A DNA stretch of 64,000 nucleotides from Chrysomallon squamiferum (GCA_012295275.1 CM022665.1:46190001-46254000); one strand, 5' to 3'. Shown: positions 16,271 through 30,748, counted from the first letter of the stretch. Notes: generated from the letters alone by a model not told the origin. A program made the numbers and translations.

Positions 16271-17975
16271 AAGAAATAATAATATAAAGTAAAAAATAAT
16301 AATAATAAATACAAGTTTTTACATTGGTCCTGACAGAATAAATATTTAATGTCTTTTTTTTCTCCTTTACATCAGTCAATAAAATGAACACAGTGGTTAT
16401 TGTCTTGATTAATGTGGCAAATTATAAATAAATAATGCATAAAACATTGTTGATGTGATGTTAAATACAAGTATATATGTATAAACTACAATTCTGAAAA
16501 ACAAGATGTAGATTGGTTTTATCTCATTTGCCTGAGGCAGGTTTTTTTCTTAGAGAATCAATTTTGACTGTGCCACTTGTTATATCATGTTATATCAAAT
16601 GATGTAGATTTTCTGTCAAGGTAAAGATTTTGTCTTTGTCTATAAAACAATACCATAAAATGTCATCAATGTTTTCTATCAGACTTAAATAAATGAATGT
16701 CCAAATAAATAATAATAATAATAATAAAAATAATAATAATAAATAAATAAATAAAAAAGAAATAAATGAATGAGTAAAAAAAAATAAAGTAATTAATGAA
16801 TAACAAAGGTAGTAATAATATCCATGATTATATCTGATAATGCAAGTTTTATATTATAACTAAGCTGTTTAATTCTGTTATGGATAAAAATGAGTTTTTA
16901 ATCATGAAACAAAAATGTTTGACATCAACTGCTGTATTGAAGACAACAAAGACTTTGGCTGGTCATCTGTAACTGAAATGTCCAGCAAACAGTTCCATTA
17001 GAATTAATTCAGTGGAATGTAACTGACCACAGGCTACACGGTACACTTTAATCTCCATGTTGGTCAACAAAGAGATTTTACCATTTTATAATCAACAAAG
17101 ACATTTAATGTTTTTATTGTGTTGTTTACTAGAGAAAAAGCTGTAAACAAACAAAAGTCTCATAAATGAATAAACAAAACAAAAAACAAGGACTGAAAAT
17201 TAAGAATTAATTTTTTTTTTTATTAAACTATTACTTAAAAGTACTGACACAAATAAAACTCACATCAAAGCTGCTGTACTTTATTTTAACATTAATGTTT
17301 TAGAAATAAAAACCAGTATTGTTAATAATTCAGTGATATCTTAGATCATGGAAACAAAAATAGGTTATTACAAATTAAAACAGAACGAACTTTGGAACTG
17401 AAGTCAGGATTGATATTACAATGGTGTAACCAAATAAAATCAATACACAAATTTAACCACCTTTAAAAAAATGTATTTTATTATTATTATTTTTTATTTT
17501 ATTTTATTATTAGCAGTAGTTTTTTTTTTTTTAATATTATTTTTTTTATACCATTTGAATATTAAAATTTTATACTACAAAGGACAAACACTGCAACATG
17601 AAACAAAATATTTTTTTTTATCGGTCTGTTTTGTTGTTAACACGATTTTAAAAATGGGGTAACTCTATACATCGCAGGTGAGATGATAAATAGCACAATA
17701 CTAACAAGCCCTAATACGCAGCAGATGTCACCGAATTCCTTCCACTGTTTACATATCCCCCCTTGGTGACAGGTATCCCCCCTCCCAGCGCAGGTGTCCC
17801 CACTCCCGTATGTCACACGCTGAATGACTTCCCACCTCAGCTCAGTAGTTAACACCCGACAAAGGAAGCACAGTGCATGTAATGGTTGCCATGGTGACCT
17901 GCAGCAGATGCCAGATCATGTGATGAACAAAAAAACTGCTGATAGGTCAGATGAGTGGGTTTTACATACAGTATC

Positions 17976-18006
<31 letters not shown>

Positions 18007-18500
18007 CTTGTTTTCTCTTTTTCTCTTATCATCACACATCACATACACACATATATTCACACACACACACACACACACACTCACTCACACTCACACACGC
18101 ACGCACACAGACCTAAATGGATAATAATGTTGGTAACAGCCTGAGATCACTTCTACAAATCTTAGCTCGCACTATATCTAAAATAATATTAGAAACTGCA
18201 CTATTATAAATAACATTAATTATGTATATATATATATTATTATATATTCAGTAACAGGCTGAGAAATTAAAAAACTTGAAACAAAAGTGATTTGTTTTAA
18301 ATGAAGCAAATTAAACTGTTTACCATGCTAACAATTTTTTGTGATTTTTTGTTTGATTTTCTGCTTGTTGCTGTTGTTGTTTTTTTAAATATAAATTGAT
18401 TAACCTGACAATAAAATCCTCATACATTAGTAATCCTGAAATTGATCCAGAACAAACATGCAACTTCAAAATTATAGTGTTTGCACAAGTGTAAAACTGC

Positions 18501-18573
<73 letters not shown>

Positions 18574-19959
18574 TCATTGGCATGTTTCTCACTGCAGAAA
18601 ATATCTTTAAACAAGTTAACAAAATCTTCTTCCTGTCTATGGTATGGTACACTCAAAATAACACTTATTGCTAACTAATAAAATGTATTTTTTTGTAGCA
18701 TCTTGTTTTGTACAATACAAATGACATTTATCAGTTAACAATTTGTCAAAATATGTTAAAGTGTTGCTGAGTACAAATGCACCCAGCGATATTGGTTTTG
18801 GGCATATATTATTGGTGGGCATCAAGCTTACAACAGTATAAATATTAATAATAGAAATGTTGCTGTGACGTTTTATTTAAAATAAGAATCAGAGAAATTA
18901 ACTGGGATAATGATGTAGTTGTATATAAAAAAATTATAAAAAAATTAAAAAAAAAAAAAAAAATCTGACAATGACCATGTTATATGACCCACATAAAAAT
19001 GACCTTGACACTACAAATTTGTAACTCAAAAAAAAAAAAAAAAAAAAAAAGTTCACATGATTAATGACGAATGATAATTTATTTTTTTATCTATACCTTT
19101 CTTTATTAATGACATTAGTCATTACTAATTGGTAATATTTATTAGAAGCGAATGTAAATTTCGTACATAAATTTAAATATATTTCCCTTGATAGAGTCAT
19201 ACGCCACTGTTAATACATAATGAATTATTTTTTTCAACCTGCACTAAGACACTGATATTGTAATTCAAACAGACGAATCAAATTGCTAAAGGTCTTATAA
19301 TTTATATCACCAAAATGTCTAAGTTTGTCCACAACTATGTGAATGAGTCACTTAACTGAAGTATTTACATATTTTACTTAAACCAAGAATTTGGGTGTAG
19401 AATTTTTTGGTCTAAAGAAGAAAAATATTTAAAATTTTTAAAACATAAAACAAAACAAAACAAACCAGAAAATGTTATGAAAATGGTAGTCAAAAATTTG
19501 AAGAAAAATAAATAAATAAATAAATAAATGAAACCATGCAGATTTAAGAAAATCGTCTTTAAAATGGCAATTAATATTAGTTATTTTTAGTTATAACAAT
19601 ACTAATATCATTAGATTAGGCAGTGTATAAGACAGTGGTAATAAATTTAATATTAAATCACATGTGATATAATCAGTCACATACTAAAACTATTAGCATA
19701 TGTATAACAATCACAAAGATATATTTGCCTGACATTTTTCAAAATGATATTTATAACACAGGTTTTATAAAATGCATGTTGAACAATTAGATAGGAAAAC
19801 TAAAAGTCATAACTAGTACACATTCAAAATATATTATTACAGAGATATAGAGTGTGGTATGATTTTTCATTTTTAACAGAAACATTATTAAACTGCTTTT
19901 TTTTTTTTTTTTTTTTTTTTTATGTTCTTGTGTGTGCACCTTAAAATTTCTGCTGGAAA

Positions 19960-20270
19960 AAATAAAAATTACTTCTTTTATTATGTTTAGGTTGTGTGTG
20001 CATGCATGTTTTTATGTGTGAACATGAAAGCATGCATTTTACTAAGATAAAAATTACTTCTTCTATTCCACAGTTAACTAGATTCATGAGCATGATGTTG
20101 TTATGTTTTTTTTTGCATGAAATTATGCATTATTACTAAGATAAAGGATTACCTCTTCTATTGAAGTTAATGTAGCATGGTGTTGTTATGTTTTTGTGTG
20201 TGCATGTATATGACTAAGATAAAGGATTACCTCTTCTATTCCACAGTTAACTAGATTCATGAGCATGGTT
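19960..20270. repeat. Tandem repeat that includes the LATS first-coding-exon donor
   Basis: actaagataaa(gg/aa)attac(c/t)tcttctatt copies at about 20041, 20135 and 20213, partial copy at 19961. Confidence 0.88.
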
Positions 20271-20614
20271 TTGTTGACGTCAGTGTCGCCACTGGCCTGG
20301 CAGCTTGAACTGCTGGTGCTGCTGCTGCTGTCGCTGGCTGGCGTCTGGTATGGACGCAAACTGTCCCGAATATCGGCCAGAGCCTTCTGATGGTACTTAT
20401 CCAGTCTCGTCATTTTGCCACCACTTTTGTCACACAAATTTGGCGTACTCTGCGATAATTCCGGCTTGAAACTCGACAAATCCGCATTGCCCCCTTCCTG
20501 CTTTCTCAAGTGACTGAGGTTGTCGCGAATCTCTTGCAACATGTGTCGGTTATTTCCGACAAATGTGGACAAAAGGGGTCGCCTACCTGAACGATCCCCG
20601 TCTTTTCGTATCAT
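20231..20614 (-). CDS. LATS1: LATS/Warts first coding exon (N-terminus, start of UBA domain)
   Basis: ATG at 20612-20614. Encodes RHMLQEIRDNLSHL, HQKALADIRDSLRPY and DVNKTMLMNLVNCGIEE, all typical of the LATS N-terminus. Donor GAG|gtaatc; 384 nt. Confidence 0.92.
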
Positions 20615-20843
20615 ATGGGATTGTCAGGTGTAAGAGATGTCCCAACGAAAGAGGCGAGTTATCCACAAACCGATACATAAAGGAACACTTTTAGCAAGTA
20701 CATCCAAAATGGAATCGAAACAAAAGCCAAAACGATGTAAAAGAATCAATAATAAATAAAACCCAACAAACATGTGATGCACACTTGATGATGAATTTAA
20801 GTCCAAAGTAAGGAAAAATAAACAAAAAATAAAGAGTTAAAAA

Positions 20844-20876
<33 letters not shown>

Positions 20877-21126
20877 GAAAAACAAATTGTTTTTATATAT
20901 ATATCAACTAGGGCATAAGGTACAGATCTCTCAAGTCGTATATCCAGGAAATTGCTGCAGAATGTCTTTTCTGATAAGTATCCTTGCTACCAGAAGACAT
21001 AATTCGAAATGTGTTTCCGTAGAACAGTCATGTGAAATCGTTGTGGAACATTTTTGAATTTAAATTTAGTTGAAAGCAGCCTGTTACCAGGTGGAAACCA
21101 TTTCAGGACTGCTACCTTGGTGCAGA
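20615..21126 (-). other. Probable 5' UTR part of the LATS first coding exon
   Basis: Strong acceptor ttttctgctttcag| at 21127-21128 upstream of the ATG; contains several upstream ATGs. Confidence 0.5.
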
Positions 21127-23689
21127 CTGAAAGCAGAAAATGAATAAAATTATTAAACAGTTACAGTGAATTAAAATATGATTTAAGATATATATATATA
21201 TATATATAAAAAAAAAAAAAATAAAAAAAATAAATAAATAAAAAAATTATGCATTTTTAAAAGATGACAAATAACTGCTCAGAATAAACTGACCTACTTA
21301 ATGGTACTAATCAATCTTTTTTTTTTTTTTTTTTCTTTCAATTTTCAGAATTTTAAAAAGTTGTCACGTTTGTTAATTTTTCTTAATTATCCATCATCAT
21401 TGGGACACTGATCAAGGAAAACCGAACAAGAAGCTTATGTCTAAAAATAAGTAAAAATAATTTATTACCTTTAATTTTTGTAAACATTGTATAATAAAAA
21501 GTACTATCATTTTTAATATACTCTTTGTAAACTCTTTCTTTTATTTTTTAAAAGAATATACAGGATTAATATGTTTTAACAAAAGTAAACAATCTGGAAA
21601 ACAAGCTATCACGACATGCATATAAACTCTTGAGGACTGTCTTTTGGGTCTTCTTTTTTTTCTTTTTTTTTTCAATGGAGAGAAGTAAACAACACCACCT
21701 TAACAAAGTTTTCAAAACAGCCACCCAAAAGAACAAAAACATAATGGGGAAAACCAACTTTCTGTTTCATGTTCTCATTCATATCTACAGATTAAAATTT
21801 CAAAAACCTGACACTGACAGTTACATTCTGTGTGATAAGGGATAGCAGTGTTTCTGCTTGGGATGGCAAACAAAATGTCTTATTTATCTTATATAATATA
21901 AGTTCATGGATTAAAACAGGAGTGAAAAATGTATATTGTAACTTACAGTAATTTATTATTGTCTCACTGTGTATGTGTCAGCTGTATTTGTAAATATTTA
22001 AATTAAATAAAAATAATGAAACAAAAATGGTGATTATATTTAAAATTGCTTGGAGGATTTTAATGTACTTTATTATTATTATTATTATTATTGCTATTCA
22101 AAAGGAAAATTAAAAAAGACAATAACAAAGACTTTAGTCACATTTAAGTTTTCAAGAGAACTCTAAAAACAAGAGTTATGTGAAATAAATATCTATTTCA
22201 CCAATTTGTATTATAGTAAAATTATTCAGTTGAAAACATTTCATTAATAAGTATACAGAATAAGTATACTGACTTACTTTTTTATAATATTCTTTAAATG
22301 TTTTTTTATAAATGTTTTTTTTTTCATTATAAAATAACTTTTATACTTTCTATTAAAAATAACAAATCAAAATTTCATATGAATGAAGCACATCTTTGGC
22401 TAGCAAATTAGTGTGTTTATTTTCACTAGGATGTTGCATACACACAGGACTGCATTTTATACACCTATTGAAAAATGTCTGCTTTTGTGATAAAGAGAAG
22501 AATTAATGCTTTTAATACTTTTTATGTGAACAAACTGTGTTCAGTCTACATCTTCTGTTTAATAATTATTTATCAAAGCTGGTTTGAAGGTTAAGTCAAT
22601 CAGGAAATGAAAAAATAATTTAATTATATTTATTTAATAAGCATGTAGCTTTGTTAGAAAAATTTTTTTAAAGATGAACAGGTACAACTGTTTTTAAAAT
22701 TTGCTTGTCATCGTGAAACAGGATTAGGTTCCTTAAAAATCAGTGAAACATGGTAACAACAAAAACATTGTCAAAGTAGCTTCTTCTTGTTCTTTTTTAA
22801 TAAGTGGGTGTAAATGTGTGTAACTGAACAAAACTGATACACCAGATTGCAAACTAGTTCAATTTCTAAACATCAAATGTTATATTAATTTTTACTGAAG
22901 GCTTATCAATCAAATATTGGCAAACAACCAAATGATGTTTTAAACTAATGCAATTAATATAATTTGTGATTACATAAATTTCTAAATCAGTTTATTTAAG
23001 ACAATTTTTTTTTTTCAGAGTGAAGACTTTGATGAATACGTGACATAAAAACAGAGGTTTTAAACTTACTTCACTTTTTAGTTGTTGTTGATGTTTGTGT
23101 CAGTTTTGGTGGGGTTTTTTTTTTCTTTCTTTCTTCAAATATGAATTGATTTAAAAGCAAGCATAATGAATAAAGTAATGTCACACAAATTAAAACAAAT
23201 AAAGATAATCCAGGTAACAGTAAGGTTGGTGACCAAGTTCATGGGTTACATTAAATTCCTGACAAACGTATTGTTCTCATAGTAACAATACACTTGTAGT
23301 TATTTCCACACAATAATTTGTGTGTTATATATTATGTGACAGATATTTCCAACAGTTCATTTGTTTGTTTATATTCATACTCATGAAACTGTCAGCATTT
23401 ATGCTTTTTAAAAATGTACTTGGTTTTTTTCTCAAGGCCGTTTTAATAACAGCAAAATTCACTGACACGGTGCATCCAAAGGACGTTATCACATTTACTA
23501 CTTCACTGCTTTGTACTTTTAAAGACTAATTTGAACTATTTATTCATGTGACTGTCTTTGCAAGAGCCGTTACGATCAGTCAGTCAGTCCCTCTGTTCTT
23601 TCAGTACTCGTCAAGTTTTGATGACCTTTTTTCCGTATTAAACGCAAATCCTATGCTTATTTTGACAGTATATACGTAGAAATTATCCG

Positions 23690-24650
23690 GAATGTAAATA
23701 CTTTTTACGTAATAAATTTAACAAAGGTGCCAGCATCGGCAGTTGTATTTGACATTTTGTTGTGCAGTGGACTGTAAAATTTGACAGAAACACTTAGCAA
23801 GCTTTCTCGGCTACACTTCGTGGCCGCCATGTTGTTTTTCCACCGCAAAAATATTGAGAACTTTTAGACGTAATAAGACTCTAAATAAATATTATACATG
23901 TTTAAAATATTTATATAAAATAAAACGTATAATTTAATCTGTTATTGTTTTAAAATTAATGCCAAATTCGGCGTACTTACGCGAAATATTTCACTAGACA
24001 TAAAATCCTGCAGACTCCCAAAATCCGAAAAGGACTGATTAACTCTAGAAGCAGGGGCGCAAAGGTGTTATTTTCACTTTGACCTCAATTGTAAAATTAA
24101 AAACCACATCCTTGAAAATGTTTACAAGGTCAAGTTTTAAAATGAGTGGTGCATTATACAATAAACTGATTGTTAATAATGAAAAAAAATAACTTATGCT
24201 TACATTTAGGACAATATTGACAGAGAGAACCTGCTATCCCTACATAAGGAATGTTCTGTGGTATAACCCAGGAATCCATTTCATACAATGATTGACATAG
24301 ACCACGCCCATCCCACATTGTTGACATTCCAGGATGATCACGTGATATATCTACTTGTTGGAGATGGGCCACGTGGGCTATATTTTCACCAAGGAAAAAT
24401 CTTGTTTTCAGTTTCCCCATTCACAATGAAGTAAGGCAAGGGCAAATCAAAGCGGCTAAGTATATGAACTGAACACGGAATCCTTTTCAGCGTTTTCAAC
24501 AACGGTGCGAGCAGAGTACCTGTCCGCTCACGTCAGCGGCCCACTTTGATCATTTTTTTCTTTCTTTCCATTAAGATAATAAGTTATATTTTATTGTTGG
24601 GCATAATAACAGTTTATTTTGGCAAGGCTTATAAACATTCCATAGCTGTT
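23690..24650 (-). promoter_or_regulatory. Putative LATS promoter / non-coding first exon region
   Basis: CpG dinucleotides reappear here. YY1-type motif CAACATGGCGGC on the minus strand at 23823-23834; consensus donor CGC|GTAAGTA at 23979-23980; E-box palindrome ATCACGTGAT near 24337; CRE-like TCACGTCA near 24528; several TEAD motifs. Confidence 0.45.
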
Positions 24651-24943
24651 TTGTACAGCCGTTTTGAATGGTTTTTAGTACTCTTTTCTTTTTTTTTTTT
24701 TTTTTCTTTTTTCGGATGGAAAAGAAAGAAGTAACATTAACAAAACAAAACAAACAATTCCAAAATATTTCAATATAAACCTGATTGAGTTAAAAGGAAT
24801 TAGTTACAGGTGTGTTTTATTTATTTTTTATTTTCTTTCTTCCGTGCGTGAAATATTTATTAATTTATTATAAGAAAAATTCATTGAGACAAAGCTAAAT
24901 GAATTATTCAGTTATTTTAGAATCAGAATTTACAATTTATTCA

Positions 24944-25091
<148 letters not shown>

Positions 25092-25392
25092 GCTATTATT
25101 TGTTGTTGTTATTATCATAGTTATCATCATCATCATCATCAAATAAATAAATAAATATATTATTAAATGATTGGTTTAAACTTCGATGGCCTGAACCCAG
25201 TTTCCAGAAAATATAATTTTTAAATAGCTATCCTCGGAATTTGCGTTAACCACTACTTTAAAAAAGAAAGAAAAGCTGACCACATTTTTAGAATGTACGC
25301 GATACTAAGGTAACCCAGATATTTATGTTGACGTTCTTCAGGATACGGATCTCTTTGATCCAGTTACCCAGCGCGAGCTGTGCACGAGAGTG

Positions 25393-25575
25393 GTAGGAAT
25401 GACGGTAGCCCAGTGGGTAGAGTGCGATACCACGGAATGATGGACCGCAATATTAATCGTCCTCGGCGTTTATTTCCCGTTCGTTTATTTCCCGTTCCTG
25501 CCAGTAGTAAACAGAAGGTTCATAAATGTGTGCGTGTGTGTGTATTGGCTGATGTGAAATTTCCCGATCCCTTCA
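25393..25575 (+). mobile_element. Decayed tRNA-derived SINE (MetaSINE-like)
   Basis: A-box-like GTAGCCCAGTGGGTAGAG, then TATTTCCCGTTCCTGCCAGT and GATCCCTT, matching from memory the mollusc Meta-domain SINE layout; followed by a (CT)n tract. Confidence 0.5.
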
Positions 25576-25597
25576 ATTAAATGTGTGAAATAAATAA

Positions 25598-25673
<76 letters not shown>

Positions 25674-26360
25674 CCCTGGTACCATAATTTTTATCGCATA
25701 CATAAACATTATGTTTTATTTAGGAATTATATACATTTAAGCCCTGCTTGTATTACACATTCATATACACAAAACATTAAATTTAAATGATTAAATTCGA
25801 ACACAACTGAACACAAATCGTTTTAATTGATAATAACGCTATAACTGTATATCGTTGTTTTGTTTTTTTTTTTTTCTTTTCCCCCGTCTTCTTCTTCTTT
25901 AATAAATATTTACAAAAATAACATAAGTGATGTTGTATATCTAGAAATACAAGATAATATCTAATTAACGATATTTTAGCACTTTTTTTTGTTAGCGTTT
26001 TTACACACACGTGTACACACAAACATGCCTATTTATTATAACAAAATTGGAGGAAAAAAGAAACATTAAATTTAAAAAAAAAAAAAAAATGTCTTTTTGT
26101 CTTTTGAAATATCAACCTCAGAATACTGACGTTGTTTAAAATAAAAATACACTAGGAACGAAACGGGAAAAGAAAAGAAAATATTTTAACATTTTTTTTT
26201 CTCTCTCTCTCTCTGACGCTTGTCTGCACTCAAGTGTCATCATTATTTATTCGAGTCGAGTACAGCCATGACAGCATCCTGACATAAAATTATTTTAGAA
26301 GTTTTGCGAGTCACAGTGAACGGCTGGCGGAAACAGAATGATAAAGTGTAGGTGTTAATG

Positions 26361-26440
<80 letters not shown>

Positions 26441-26537
26441 GTAAACTGAAATAACGGAGCAAAACCAAAATTGTATGTGTTAATGTCTCTTGGCTAAAAC
26501 AGAATCAAATGATTAGGTACCTTAGTGGATCTAGTCC

Positions 26538-26590
<53 letters not shown>

Positions 26591-29500
26591 GTAGTAGTAG
26601 TGATAATAGTAGTAGTAGTAGTAATAATAATAATAATAATAATAATAAAATAGTTTGTGAATCGTCAGAGAAAATCGTTGCAAAGTCATTATTTTGTTAT
26701 TTCATTTCATTTTATTTTGGCCTCGATAACAAAGGCTGCTCTCGATGAACAAAAGAATCATTTGGGATTTATGTTCACTCTTGATGTGCGTAACTTGTTG
26801 ATATTACGCAGTTATTCTCCGAAGAAATATAGCGTTTTCAGAGCATTAAGTTTAATTTATTTGAAATAAACACATTCTTTCCTAGTTTCTTGGAAATAAA
26901 TGTCAAATTTATCGCTGCGTTAGCTGTTTTTCCTTTAAAATGTTAAATGTAATAGGTAAATATATAACATAATTAGACAGATACAAAAATGATTCTGAAT
27001 ACTTTTAGGTCTACAGAAACAGAGAGAGAGAAAAATTGTTGTTTTAAAGATCTTTTATTAATTGCCTCACAAAAAAATAATAAAAAAAAAAAAATAAAAT
27101 AAAAAAACATATCCCAACAACAGTCAAATATCCTTATTAAAGCATCGAATTATAATGAAAAGCAATTAAGTTAATTTCATTTATAAAAGATAATTTACGG
27201 TCGTAACTACGTAATGCATTTCGCATAATTTTTGTAACAATTATAATATTGTTTGTAAATATGTATCATTCTACGTACACTTTAATATTTATTTTATTTT
27301 GAAAACTGGAACAGATTTTAAAACTGATTTTTTTTTTTTTTTTTGTTACCAACAAAGATTTATCACGTTTTTTTGTTCATTCTTTGCAATTATGAATAAT
27401 GTAACACGTTATTTATAGACCGTGGACACGCTAGGAAATAATTAATGAATGCATCTGATTTATGACATCGCTACGGATTATTAAATTAATTTGGAATTCA
27501 TACAATTTCAGTTACAGAATAGGTATGGGAAATGTGATAGAGTAGAGATATTTTAGATATCTTTTCGCTAACAGGAAAGGAAATAAATATCGTTGTTTGG
27601 TATGTCGTCTGCAATGGAGAAGTTGATGGGAATGGAAATGACTCGATGGCAGTACCTGCTGATTTTGCCACCTATCAGACTTCAGATGAACAAATTAATT
27701 ACGATGCTATTACCCGTTCATCCCTACTACAGAATCAGTGAAAAAAAAAAACGATTTCCAGATTTTCACTGAATAATTTTTGGGAGAAAAACAACAACAA
27801 CAACAAAAAAAAAAAACCACAAAAACAAATCATAATTGAATTGTAACACTATTCCGCTGCTCTGATCAATATAATTCGGGGAAAAAATAAAATGAAAAAC
27901 GTAGCTAAAACGAAAAAAAACAACCCTAAATCGTACGGAAAAGGCCAAAGTACTACTAAAGATAATCTTTTAAATCGATTATAAATAAATCCAAGTAATT
28001 CATTTATATATTTATTTTATCTCTTTAACTTACCATTTCTTGTTTATTTATTTGTTATTTATAAGCGTTTTTGAGGTGATGGGGGGGGGAACCAACAACG
28101 ACCAAAAATCCTGGTCTTGGCTTATAGTGTGACACAGTCTATTATTGTTGCAATAACGTGTTAAATTAATCACAGTAATTAATTCTGTACTAAAAATAGA
28201 ATAAATGTTATTTATTATTATTATTATTATTTTTTTTTTTTGTCGACTAATCCAGATATAATAGCATTTAAAGGACGAAGGTCTATAAATCGTTTATTTT
28301 TCTTCCCCGCTTATCTCCTGCAATTAGATTATTCCTCCCGCCGTGAATTATTCAAAGACTTTTGTGATGTAAAAAATAAATCACAAAACGAAACAAAGAG
28401 ACAAACAAATAAAACAACAAAACAACAACAAAACCCAGCTTTATCGTTTTGTAATTAGAGACATTGTAACATGGTCTTCAATTCTGACAGGTTAACCATT
28501 TGGCGAGTTATGCATACATTAACCGACTTTTCTATGCATCGTGACTTTTATGACATGACCTTCCATGTTCTAGTTACGCCATTGGATGTCAGATATTAAA
28601 AAACAAATTAGTTTTAACATAACGACCTTTTACTAGTAGAGGTGCAACGTAATACAAATAACTATAAACCGTTTGTGCTGTTTAAAAGCAGAATTCGGAA
28701 ACGTGATCAGTATTTAGATTTAACAAAAAATAATTAAAAATAAAAATAAAAATGATTTGGCAGATAACTCTTTTATTTAATCCATTAATAAACACATTAT
28801 GGGTAATCTCCCCTTTTCAATTTCTGATAAAGCCTATTTCAAAAACCAACTGATGTCAACATCTCGGTATAGGGCTAATTAAATATTACTGTAAATCATA
28901 AACAAATAAACGAATAAAACGTGACCAATATTTACTGATTTAAAGGGACACATTCATTGTAAAATTAAAATTTAAATTAAAATATAATTTGTATTTTAAA
29001 ATTCAACTAAAAATTCAACCCATTTCTTAGGTTTAATTAACAATGAAAATATAAGAAAAAAAGTATAATTTAATGAAACTCTTCATGGCTACCCACAACC
29101 TCTATAATAGTGCAAAATCTTAGAAATTCTTATTAAGTAAATAATTCTAAATCTGAGAATTACTCATAAACAGTATTATCAAAGTTATTCATACATCCCC
29201 GACATATCAATTCAACAATTCCCGAAAACACTTGTGATATAGGTCAGAATGTGAGATGCAAGTACATACACAGAATTAAATTTTTATATCCCTATATTAT
29301 GATTAATCATAACTGGCGTACATTGATATCCTAACTTCAAGGCTATCCCAATTAGAATCACTCTACAATTCTGTACAGGTTAGCAAACGATTTATCTGGC
29401 TTCCAGAAATTCAGAAAAATCCAGAAAACCACCTATTTTGAATTTAGGCCAAGAGTTTTTACTTAAGTTTCCATGACTTCAGTTCAAGAAAGAGTGTTGC

Positions 29501-29899
29501 TTCATACAGGTTATCCTCTGACAATGGAATGCTACTTATTTCACGTTTACTTTCTTTTTCATTTATCATAATGTCCAAAAGACTAGCAGAAATGCAAACT
29601 TGCTAATGACTGCTTGAGTTCTATTGAAAAATTTCTAGAATTTTAACTGAAAAAAAAAAATGTATTAATTTTTTATCTGTAAAATACAGTTTCATTCCTA
29701 ATTGTTTCATGGTATTATTTTATATTTTACATAAAGATTTAGCCCAAATCCACAAATCCAGGTTAGCTGCAGTTTCTTGCTTGCCAGATAAACTGTTTGC
29801 TACCTGTATTTCAAACTAAACCATTGCACTTTACTTTATGTACTAAATCCTATGGTTAGCACACATTCAGTAATAAAAACATATGGTGAAGTATTACTG

Positions 29900-29935
<36 letters not shown>

Positions 29936-30748
29936 ACTGTTATTATAAATAATTTAAATAAGATGCCTCAGTTTGGATTTGTAGAAATTAAAGGGTGGTT
30001 TTTATTGTGTTCAACACACAGAAAATATTTCAGAAATACAGTGCTGTTAAATTATGCGATTGGCAAAGGTCAGATCATTTAGGTCATGATGAACAGTATT
30101 AACATTTGATCCTCAACACATTTTTCTTTGATTCTTACCTATTTATGATTCCTCATTCCAGAATGTTCACACAAAAATCCAATCTTTCTGAAGAACTATG
30201 AAAAAAAACAAAAAAACTAGCTGCTTAAAGAAGTTCCTTTCTCTCATGATTTCCTACAATCATCTACAAACACATATTCTGTCTGTATTAATAATATATA
30301 TTCATGTGAACATAAACATTCTTGTTTTTTTGTTGTTACTCTGTATGAAACAGATTTATAAATCTTCCAGTATTTCCACTTCCATTGGAATAAAAATAAA
30401 TGATCATACATCCTCTCAGTATCTTTCACGCTTTTATTGTTTGTTGGAAATATATGGAAACAAGCACAGAAATACTCCTGCTGCCTTTGGAAACCGGAGA
30501 GATCAACTAATGAAATGAAATAAGCACCATCTGGGGAAAGTGAATGATTTAATTTTAATTATTGTTTACATATTTATCTGTAGATAGATAAATTGTTTTT
30601 TTAATTATTATTATTATTATCATTTTATTTTTGGTCCAATTTTTGCTATTACAGCTAAAAAACAACAACTACAACAGCACTTATAATTAATAAGAATCAT
30701 CAAATCAGTTTCAACATTCTGCTTGAATCACCATCTTGAACAAACATA

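Noticed and set aside
24154-24420. 88-aa minus-strand ORF upstream of LATS
   Set aside because: No recognisable homology or consistent splice partners; more likely promoter or repeat-derived sequence.
28940-28951. TTAAAGGGACAC, resembling a Kolobok-type transposon end
   Set aside because: No matching inverted end was found in the window.
29460-30530. Possible extra minus-strand exons downstream of MLYCD (acceptor near 29647; ORF 30244-30429)
   Set aside because: Frames are short and interrupted by stops, with no recognisable product; at most spliced UTR or non-coding.
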